Of a stretch of DNA of 46,534 nucleotides, positions 37,699 to 46,534 are shown piece after piece; within the stretch, counting starts at the first letter, position 1, and each line of letters starts with the position of its first letter. The stretch spans positions 1-46,534 of the forward strand of contig UYFQ01000351.1 in assembly GCA_900617105.1 (NCBI GenBank). The letters run 5' to 3'. The notes below the pieces were generated by a model, which saw only the letters and a program-made list of their open reading frames with translations, was not told the DNA's origin and made no database searches. Position numbers and translations under genes: made by a program. The DNA is from Hydrurus foetidus. Taxonomy: Eukaryota.

Positions 37699-39524
37699 TT
37701 ACAGCATGCGATTTGAAAGGTTTTGATTGTATATCTCTGGAGTTAAATCACCCAGAATGTATAGATTTTTCATTCTCGCGAGCAGTTCTTCTTTAGCCTT
37801 TTGTTGGAGTCGGCGTGGTTTGATGATATTCCCTTGGAGAATTTGTCTCATCTCCACCTCTTTTGAGATATGTTCTTCCTTTATTCCTCGAATGAATGAC
37901 CACAAGTTTGTTTTAGCCTTGAAAGCCAGTGCCATCTTGTTGTGCCAGCCTGATCAAGTTGTTATGTTTATTAGTGCTTATCATAAAAGTGCTTGTTTTG
38001 AGAATGAATGAAGGTACCTTCAAGATCGTTATTGGTTCTGTGGTCATCAAGGTGAAATACGTTCCACCTTACAAGATTAGACATCCAAGTTTGCGTGAAA
38101 TATGTCACAAATTGAGTCAATGTTGCAATCGGAAGAGTTTCACTCTGTAATGCGTAGAGGGAAGCCACCAAACCATCGAAAACTGTCGCCAAATCTGATC
38201 TCTCTACGCCGTTCTCAACTTGGTCCTCAGTGCGATCAGGTCGAAGAAAAGCTAGGGCGAAAAACTTTCTCACTACCGCACGCAATCCTGTCGTTTCATC
38301 GTTATATGCCACCTGCAATTTGTGTGAGTTACTTGTGAGTACACCGGATTTCAAGCACGAATTTTGTTCATGAAAATTGTTTGCTCTTCAACGTACCAGA
38401 AGACGCTGTTTAATCCACTTAAAGACCGCATTCATAAAATGGAATAGGCAGCCCTTTCTGAGAAGTAAAGGAAAAGCTGCATGTAATGCAGGCCATAAAC
38501 CGCTTTCAAAATCTGCCATCGATTTTTCCCAGCGTATGATCAAGCCCATCGCCAAAGCCTTATCAATGATGAATTGGAAGAATCTAGTGTAAATTTCCTC
38601 CGTTTTACCAGTCAAGAGGCAGTAGATAGCTGGCATTTGCCTTCTACTGTCGTAAGGGAAAAAATGGATGGAAAACACTTGGTAGAATTGGGCTGGACAT
38701 ATCTTGAACGTCCCGTCCATATATACCGTCCTCGCATTGCAAAGCTCAGTAAACATTGCATCAGTCCCAAATGCCAGAATAGTCGAATCCCTCTGACCAC
38801 CAACCACGCTGGCGTAAGAATAGTTGAACATCAAAAACGGGACAAAATCTGCTGCATTCTCTATTTGTATATTGGCGTACTCAGGAGGAATCGCAATGTC
38901 GATTGCATTCACTGGAATAGCTGGTAGATTTGCAACTTGAGCTCTTGAATACGCTGATTTTAGGCTACTTGCTGTCTGCATCAATTCAACAGCCTCTGGA
39001 TTTGCTTGAAATAAAGGATTCACGACTCCATTGTAGGCCACGTTCAACGAATTTCCTGATGGAGTGATTTTATTTTACATCAATGACATAAACTTCCATA
39101 TCTTAGTTAAACAAAAATACTGCCTTCATCGAATCTTACCGAGCTTTGCCTGACTGATGACATTTGTACGTGCAACACGTCTCACAATGTCATTTCGAGT
39201 AACTTTGCACAAATCAATTGTGTGACGTTTCGTCAAAACAATTTCGTTTATACCTCCTCCTGTCCCAAGCTCATTTGCCAAAGCATTGTTGACGTCAATA
39301 CTATAATTAAGAGCTCCGGTACATGCCTCTGAAGAACAATACCAGTAACACTTGATGATTTGACCTTCAGCATTTCGAGTTCTTTTCTTACAAACAAATA
39401 ACTTGTTTCGAAACATTAGAAGTGGCTGGTTTTTTGTTGATTTTGTAGAAAAGTCTAACTCAGCAGGAAGAATATCTAACTCAGCAGGAAGAATATCTAA
39501 CTCAGCAGGAAGAATATCGTTCAT
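37699..39524 (-). CDS. MULE transposase, four exons predicted
   Basis: FLYWCH-like YWYCSSEACTG; MDGTFK, ADFESGL, GCLFHF, RTNNDLEG|WHN; GT-AG introns near 39139-39056, 38396-38314 and 38018-37951. Confidence 0.9.
39455..39518 (-). repeat. 21-bp coding tandem repeat (DILPAEL x3) at the MULE N-terminus
   Basis: ctaactcagcaggaagaatat repeated three times. Confidence 0.9.
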
Positions 39525-39995
39525 GTTAGACAAGAGCTATATGAATGGAAACTAATTCCAAACTTGTATGTGCTAAGGTTTATATATACTTAATCGATTT
39601 CGAAATGTATGTTAACGACGTTCTGTGGTAACACTAAAAACATCTAATTTTCATAACGGTTGTGAAAGTTACAAAATGATAGTTCCGAGGCGAGATTTCC
39701 GTAACGGTTTTTACGGGGTGGGAGTTACGAAGCGGGAATTCCGAATGGAGATTTACGATCTGAAATTTACGAAACGAAATCTACGAAACGAGATTTACGA
39801 ACTGAAATTTACGAAACGGGGTGCAATCCTTTTTTTGTATCTGTCGCAAATGAAGTGGCCTTATGACGCAAAAAATCGTCAAAAATAAAAATGTAAACGA
39901 CACATTCTTCAGAACGCCACAGAAAATGTGCACTTTTTTTGCGTAGGTAATTGATAAGTGACGCTCATTAACACATTTCTGAAGGCACCTCAATC

Positions 39996-41856
39996 ATGCC
40001 ACCAAGCTCAGAGGAACTCGCGGATATCAAGTCTAAGCAGTATGTGCTCATCACACGTGCTGGCTTATCGATTCCGTCGAGTGAAATGGACTCTAAAACT
40101 ATATTTGCGAAGATGCTTGAACAATTTGACTACCATGTGAAGAGAGTCAAGCTGCCCCAAGGGTTAGCGAAGAACACTTACTACAGGACATCTCGACATC
40201 TGGATGAGACTGTGACGGAGAAGGAAATTCATGATGGGCAGTCACTATGGAGAAAATTTAGCGCCATCAAAAAATTCGTCAACAATCAAATCACCCCCCA
40301 CTACGTGAAGCTCTTAGGACCAGATGGCCTACCTCCATCTGGAATGAACAAAGAAACCATCCTCCTGAAGACAAAGGAAGCTTTGTATAAGGCTGAACAA
40401 CTGGCTGCCAAAAATCGATCGAAACATCCTCCCTCCTTTAAAATGAAACCATTTAAACCATCCTATCAACCCTGTGAATGGGAAACCTTCCTTACCTTTG
40501 GTCGAGCATCTGAGAAGCCCGAGAAGGCCTTCTTCATAGAGTAAGTTGCTTTAACATACAGCATGAATCAAGCTCTTACTAATCATCTGAATCTTCTATC
40601 AATGTAGGAAATCATCTGTTCCGTCCGACATGACATCATCTTCCACCATTTGACCAAATAAAACCGAGGCTCGAAAACTACAACGTGAGAAGAAGAGGAC
40701 AGCTCATCTCGAAAACATTAATAAAGACCTAAACTTACCATCTGAGAGCAAGATATCTGAGCGCAAGGATAGACGAGTCCAGAAGAACAATGTTCTTGGA
40801 TTCCAATACTCCATGGCTTTGAAGACACGTGAGAAGGTGAGGACATTCATTGTCAGAGATGAAGTTAATTTGAACCTTACGAATTTCTTTACTGTATTCA
40901 CTTCACAGAGAATTAACGAACTCCAACTCTATATATCATTGGAGCTGTTCGATAACGAAGATGAACTACGGGCTATCAAACTGGAATTAAAAGGATTGAT
41001 ACAGAACAAATTGGACATGTACGACCTGTGTGACACCTCATCTGACGACGGGAAAAAGTTGACTGTTAGTAAGGTTACTGCCAAGAAAAGTATGGAGGAG
41101 AAGCAACCGTCTCCCAAGATTAAGAATCGATTACCCGGGGTATTAGAGAGATGGAATGAAGACTTATCCGAGCATGAAGCTCAAATCGCAGAAATGTCAA
41201 CTGAAGAGGAGGAACTGTCAGAGGAAGAACGGGATGAACGGGAGGATCAGCAGGAGCATGAAGATCATGAGGAGCAGGAGGAGCTGGAGAAGCCGGAGGA
41301 AAATTCAGAACCTATTCAACAACGGGATGAGGCTATCGATGAACAAAACGACGAAGCTTCAGAAGAAGAGGAAGAGGAAATTCTGAAATCAGACCTCGAG
41401 AGCTTATTGAACACATCTGATTCAGAAGCCGAAGGAGAAATCGTCGTAGACAATCGAGGCCTAGATACATCTACCTCCAGCCGAAATTCGGGAGGCTCCA
41501 AAAGAAGTAATCACCTATTCTCATATCCCGACACTCAATTTACAGCTACCGAGGAAACCATACTGTCTCCCATATTGAACAAGAAAATCAATGACGTACC
41601 TATCACACGTCAATTCGTTCATGGTAAGTCATGCTCCTCGAAGGATGTTCCTACTGGTGATCCCAAAACAAAGCAATCTTCGAAGAGTGTGACAAGGTCC
41701 TCTCAACTGACCGTCCCATTACAAAAAGCAACCCAACCCCTAGCAACTAATGGAAGCAAGTTGAACAAAGCATCAAAGAGAGTCATCGAGGAAAACACTG
41801 AAGAAGAGAACGAGAAAACGCTGATAAAAATTAAAACTAATGATAGAAAAATATAA
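39996..41856 (+). CDS. Harbinger partner protein (Myb/SANT-NAM-associated-like N-terminus, acidic low-complexity C-terminus), spliced
   Basis: LWRKFSAIKKFVN...PPSG...CEWETFL pattern; intron gtaagt...atgtag at about 40541-40607 and a probable second one near 40838-40908; lies inside the TIRs. Confidence 0.7.
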
Positions 41857-41962
41857 ATTAATGATAGAAAAATAAATTAACGCTGACATAAATTAATGAT
41901 AGAAAAATAAAATATGTTTTGAAATTAAAATTAATTGAAATGATTTTACTATTATATAATAT

Positions 41963-43390
41963 TTACTTTCTACGTTTGGACTTCTTTTTAAGCCACTGTA
42001 TTTCATTTATAGAATATTTCCACGCAAAATGATCAATCAATTTTTTTTGTAAGTTTACATAAGTAGATTCATATTCAACATCATGATCACCATGAACTAC
42101 TTCGAAACGATTCTGCACAGCAGCAGTTCCAATCAGTGTGAAGTCAGTTATAGGAGTTAGATTACGGACTCTACTAAGATGTTGTCTAAAAATTAGCATA
42201 TCTTCATGAGAATGATGCCCATCGTTGCTTAGGTAATTAACATTTTGTTCCCATCGAACATCTAATCCGTCAAAATGTAATAACATGTTATGCATAATAC
42301 AGCAAGAATAAAACATGTTATCAATATGATCTTTATTGTGATAATATATGGGTAATTTTAAGCAGCGAAATCTACCTTTCAATACACCAAATGCACACTC
42401 AACATCTTTCCTGACAGTCTCTGCCCATTCACTCCATAGTGTTTCTCTAGGTATTGCTGAATGTTTTAATGGACACTGCATGCATCTCCATTTATGGTAA
42501 CCATTATCGCACAATAACCATGCCCCCTTTTCTTCATACTCTTCACCTTTAATATCGCACATTGGGAAAGTAACGTCATGGTATTTTATTCCATCATGAA
42601 TGTCCGTAACAAACCCATCAAATCTTACGATAGTTCTATCACTCCTTGTCCCAGGATATCGATGAGTAACCGCAATGATCTTAGAAGTGTGATCAACGGT
42701 AACTTCATAAGAGAGTGTGGGAAAACCTTCTTTCCCCTTATGAAGAACACGATCTCCAGAAGAACAACGCTCCCATCTTATATGCACACAGTCAGTACTC
42801 CCTATGCAACCAGGCAACCCTAACCTTGTGTACACATCGAGAGTCTTCTGAATTTCTTCTTCAGATTCTGGGGGATTACAGTACGTAGCAAAGTACTTCT
42901 TTGAAAATAATTCACACCACTTATGAAAGAAGACGCGATTAATCTCTGCACTTATGTAAGACAGCTCCTGGATACCATCAAAACAGTAACCTCTACCAAG
43001 GACCCGTAATAATCCAAGAACTTTTAGCTCCAAAGGTGCTGCCTTCACACCAGCACAGTCATTACCCTCGCTAAACCATTTATTAGCTCTTGTCATCTCT
43101 GTCAATCTTTCGAATAGCGGAAAAGGTACTCGAAATCTCCTGCGAAATAACACACCGCCCTTGCGATCAGTAGGATCTTTCGTTCTGGGATTGACCAACA
43201 TTCGACCCCAACAAGACATATCATAAGGTGGACGACCTTCCCATTTACGATGCCTATAGAAAGCTGGTTGCTTTAATCTTTCTTCCTCCTCTTCTTCGAC
43301 AACTTTGCGCAATTTTTTTCTTCTCTCGTAGTACTCATTAGATTCCTTGATAAGTTTCGTCAAGTCAACGCTCTCATCATCAGAAGACAT
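41963..43390 (-). CDS. PIF/Harbinger DDE transposase, intact
   Basis: FRRRFRVP; catalytic motifs GSTDCVH, LLCDNGY, RKDVECAFGVLKGRF; CCIMHNM. Confidence 0.95.
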   Translation of the reverse strand: MSSDDESVDLTKLIKESNEYYERRKKLRKVVEEEEEERLKQPAFYRHRKWEGRPPYDMSCWGRMLVNPRTKDPTDRKGGVLFRRRFRVPFPLFERLTEMTRANKWFSEGNDCAGVKAAPLELKVLGLLRVLGRGYCFDGIQELSYISAEINRVFFHKWCELFSKKYFATYCNPPESEEEIQKTLDVYTRLGLPGCIGSTDCVHIRWERCSSGDRVLHKGKEGFPTLSYEVTVDHTSKIIAVTHRYPGTRSDRTIVRFDGFVTDIHDGIKYHDVTFPMCDIKGEEYEEKGAWLLCDNGYHKWRCMQCPLKHSAIPRETLWSEWAETVRKDVECAFGVLKGRFRCLKLPIYYHNKDHIDNMFYSCCIMHNMLLHFDGLDVRWEQNVNYLSNDGHHSHEDMLIFRQHLSRVRNLTPITDFTLIGTAAVQNRFEVVHGDHDVEYESTYVNLQKKLIDHFAWKYSINEIQWLKKKSKRRK

Positions 43391-43683
43391 GTTCAAGTTT
43401 ACCAATTTTTTATCTTAATTGATGATATGAATGTGAGGTTGATCAAAGAACTGATAGTTTGATGGTTCTAAAGAACACAAGAAATGTTTTCTGTACTCAT
43501 CGCAAGGGGAGTCGCCAGTGTCGACTACAGAAAATTAAAATAAAATCTGTAAACGTCATAAGGGTAGTACCAATATGTCGCCAAAAATTTGTAATCGAAC
43601 TACAGAAAAAGGAAAACGTAAAAAATGTTTTGTAAGCGTCATAAGGAATAGCCTTACTGAAAATTCGTGGTGAGAGAGAACTA

Positions 43684-44048
43684 CAGTCGGAAGCTCCTAT
43701 AGTCGACAAAAGTCCCCCACGAGAAAAAAAGAAGTTGGTGTAGATAAAACCGGGTAAATTCTTGAAAAACCCGGATAAATACACTGTGGACCCTCTGTTT
43801 AGACGCCGACAATGTTCTCTCTAACTGGGACGTCTTGATTTCCCACCATACTAATCCCACGAGATTCTCCACCACTCAACTTTGCCCTCTATTAACTTTT
43901 CCCAGAGGTTGAAACCACATGGAATTCTTCCTTTACCATAAACGAACACATGTATGTGGTTGGAAATCCTATTTTGAATGATGCGAAGTGTGTGATACAG
44001 CTGGCGTTTCCCCCATATACAATTGTCGACTATAGGAGCTTCCGACTG
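43684..44048. mobile_element. Tc1/mariner-pogo-type MITE
   Basis: Perfect 26-bp TIR cagtcggaagctcctatagtcgacaa; TA on both sides. Confidence 0.93.
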
Positions 44049-44347
44049 TACAGGAATTAATTAACTGAGAAAAAAAGTACTGAGAATAATATTGGGCGTT
44101 GAACCACGTAAACTCAAACTCAGAGTTACATAAAGATTTTGTTGGTTGTCTCAGCAATTGGAATCAGGTAGAAGGAGCCTCTATCAGTGCCGCCGTGCGA
44201 TTGGCAGTTAATTTTGGACGCTTGATATGCCATTCTAGTCATGACGTCGCGTACTCATGACCTGGCTACATTTTTATCCTTCTTGGCTGTCAGATATCGA
44301 GAGGCTATTTAAATTATGAGAGAGATTATGAGTATGTTTCGAAGAAC

Positions 44348-44542
44348 TGTGGTAGTTCCGGGTCCAAGGTCCCGATCCTACCGGATAGTACTACGGTACA
44401 CTACCCACTGTACACTACAGTCTGTTGTATCGTCGTAGCCACTTACAGCCTCCACGTAGAAGTTCACCCTAGCTTCTAGCTTTAGCTGTAACTAACTACC
44501 ACCACTAGCCTTTCCTCTCTTCCTTTCTCCATCCGAGCCATA
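44348..44542 (+). repeat. Gypsy solo LTR related to the G2 LTR
   Basis: Shares ccgggtcca-ggtcccgatcctaccgg, ctgtacactacagt, cacgtagaagt with the reverse complement of 16725-16890; gaac (or agaac) on both flanks. Confidence 0.8.
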
Positions 44543-44613
44543 GAACAGATTGATTATGCCCCCATTAAGCGACTGAAAGACCTCCAATAATTTGATTAAG
44601 TTGTTCTTGATTA

Positions 44614-44863
44614 GAGTGTTTTCGATTTCCGACTTTTTTCAAAAACGACTTTCAAAGTCGTCTTCTTCAAAGTTGTTTTTCCCAAAAAAAATGGAAGGCA
44701 CCACAGAAAACGAGTTCGGCCCTCTTGACCGACGAAGTCGTTTTTGGATTTTTTTCTGTAAAAAACGACTTCGAAGAAGACGACTTTGAAAGTCGTTTTT
44801 GAAAAAACCCAAAATCGCAAAAATTCTATTTTATAATTTCGAAAAAAGTACTTTTGATCACTC
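44614..44863. repeat. Hairpin/MITE-like inverted repeat
   Basis: 35-bp perfect inverted repeat at 44634-44668 and 44773-44807 built from cgactt/aagtcg units; outer limits approximate. Confidence 0.75.
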
Positions 44864-44879
44864 AAGCGAATCTGCATTA

Positions 44880-45160
44880 AAATCATCATCATCATCATCA
44901 TTAGCACCATTATCACCATCATCATTAGCATCATCATTGTAGTCTGGAGAGACGCCGACCTAGAGAGCCCAATGCAGTGTCACATCATCAGCACTAGTAC
45001 CATCAGCATCATCATCATTAGCATCATCGTCATCATCATCATCATCATCACTATTAGCAGCATCATCAGCATTAGCATCACCATAGGCATCATCATTGGC
45101 AGCATCATCATCATCACCATTGGCATCATCAACACCACTGGCATCACCGTTAACGTCTTC
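44880..45160 (-). repeat. Degenerate (ATC/GAT)n tract; Asp/Ala/Asn-rich frame on the minus strand with one stop
   Basis: Trinucleotide periodicity kept across the tract. Confidence 0.85.
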
Positions 45161-45554
45161 ATGGATGTCTTCTTCAAATTTAATTCGTGTAATTCGCTTG
45201 ACAACTTCATTATGCACTGATCCTAATCGATGAAAAATTCTCATGATTTCATGTATTTCTTATTTATTTTATCATTTTTTAAAAGTGCGTCAGCAAAAAA
45301 ATCCTGATTTTTTTTCGTAGCGAAACAATCCGTGACAGTGAAACGATGATTTTGCATCTCTGCATCTTAATAAGATGTAATTAATTAAAAATATAGGGTG
45401 GTGAGAATCTTCCTGAGAATTAATTAATTAACCGGACCCGGCTGAGAATGATCCCAATAATTATTTGATAAATTCTCACGACATATTACGTTTACAGTAG
45501 GGCTGTAGGTCGAGCATTTTTGAAAAATTGAAACGTCCGTACACTTAGTGTACG

Positions 45555-45765
45555 GACGTTGCGGGCAAGAACATCTAATTTTGTAAAAAGAAAAAATTAT
45601 TTTGTAAAATAATGTAAAAAACATCTAACTTTCTTCGATAGCATCATCTTGCGTACTGCAGTACGCAACAAGATGCTATCGAAGAAAATCAAATGTTTTT
45701 TACATTATTTTACAAAATAATTTTTTTCTTTTTACAAAATTAGATGTTCTTACGCCGCAGACGTA
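45555..45765. repeat. AT-rich palindromic (hairpin) element centred on ctgcag at about 45659
   Basis: Near-perfect arms spanning 45567-45751. Confidence 0.9.
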
Positions 45766-46066
45766 GTCGCGGACCTGTCCCTGGTGAGAGCATTCGTGGT
45801 GAGAACTTGTTGACGTTTCATCGAGATGAAGTTCAAGGTTGTCTGAAGCGTTGTAGCTTGGTTGTTAAACTATTGTGCTTATCTCGGATTAAAACAAAGA
45901 GATTGTTCAATAAAATACTACTAATACGGTCCGTGCATAGACTGATATCTGGAATATGTACATGTGTATTAATCATTTAGATCGTGTGGATATTAGCTAA
46001 AGAGTAAAGATCTGGTCGTAAGATGTGAGCGTCTGAAGCTATCGCCGACGTGAATCGTAAGATACC

Positions 46067-46534
46067 CTACTCCTTATGCTTATTTTTGAGGTGAACTTTT
46101 GAAGAAGAAGGTGATGAAGATGATGAAGATGATGATGATGATAAAGATAATAAAGATGAAGATGGTGATGGAATAGTGCCAGTCAAGAAACCAGACATCG
46201 AATGTTTCAGCTGTCCTGTTGAAAGACTTTTCTTGTCCAAAGCTACCTTATCATATCTTCCTATGACCGTACTGACGGTGCTTGCACAACGCTTTGGCAC
46301 CTTGACATGTAATTTGGTTGAGATAACTAACTCTTCTCTACTTAATTCATCAATTACTCTATCTTGAACTGCGAGTGCTGTCTTGTTTCTCTCTTGATTC
46401 CATTCTGGTACTCTTACGTTGGGCATCTTAACATTCAATATTTTTCTGTCTGAATCATTCATATTTTTATAAACCAGGGTCAAAGCGTGCCTCACTCTGC
46501 CTTCATCTGCTATCAGAATCGTAGGGGGATTCCC
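46067..46534 (-). CDS. C-terminal part of an unknown protein with a Ser-rich tail, likely continuing beyond the window
   Basis: Open frame of more than 140 codons reaching the window edge; no recognisable motif. Confidence 0.35.
   Translation of the reverse strand, partial: GNPPTILIADEGRVRHALTLVYKNMNDSDRKILNVKMPNVRVPEWNQERNKTALAVQDRVIDELSREELVISTKLHVKVPKRCASTVSTVIGRYDKVALDKKSLSTGQLKHSMSGFLTGTIPSPSSSLLSLSSSSSSSSSSPSSSKVHLKNKHKE

Larger units (their letters stand above)
36961..39829 (-). mobile_element. Mutator-like element (MULE) with long TIRs
   Basis: About 150-bp near-perfect inverted repeats (36976-37128, 39663-39813) rich in ttacga units; T-run flanks on both sides; encloses a transposase. 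Confidence 0.92.
36213..43653. mobile_element. PIF/Harbinger DNA transposon, apparently autonomous, with two nested insertions in its left end
   Basis: TIRs ggctagtccttatgacgc and gcgtcataaggaatagcc (17/18); TTA on both flanks; convergent transposase and partner ORF. Confidence 0.9.

Noticed and set aside
36220..39869. 11-bp direct repeat ccttatgacgc as the TSD of one 3.6-kb insertion
   Set aside because: The right Harbinger end has the same motif twice with similar intervening sequence, so it is better explained as a subterminal repeat
44611..45220. Poly-Met and poly-Ile ORFs
   Set aside because: Alternative frames of the (ATC)n tract

Overview
Eukaryotic genomic DNA (spliceosomal introns; probably a stramenopile-like protist, a weak inference from the TE families) made almost entirely of nested transposable elements. 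It holds two Ty3/Gypsy elements (G1 with chromodomain; G2 decayed and rearranged), two copies (A, B) of an unusual Ty1/Copia family, a second near-complete Copia (C), an apparently autonomous PIF/Harbinger containing a spliced MULE and a large palindrome, a Harbinger remnant, several MITEs and isolated LTRs. Non-TE genes are a compact intronless mitochondrial carrier, a degenerate ERCC1 exon and an XPG/FEN1/Exo1-family nuclease pseudogene. The strongest leads are: (1) Copia C has no tRNA primer site but has an LTR-internal sequence complementary to its PBS position, suggesting Tf1-like self-priming; (2) Copia A/B Gag has a CCCH finger plus a long unassigned domain, and its RT motif is HSDD; (3) A/B LTR variants sort by 5' versus 3' position across two insertions with different TSDs; (4) copy A has been split and relocated in inverted orientation, shown by a matching AGAAT TSD. 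Homopolymer frameshifts suggest long-read errors, so assembly artefacts must be excluded. All calls were made by eye without database searches.
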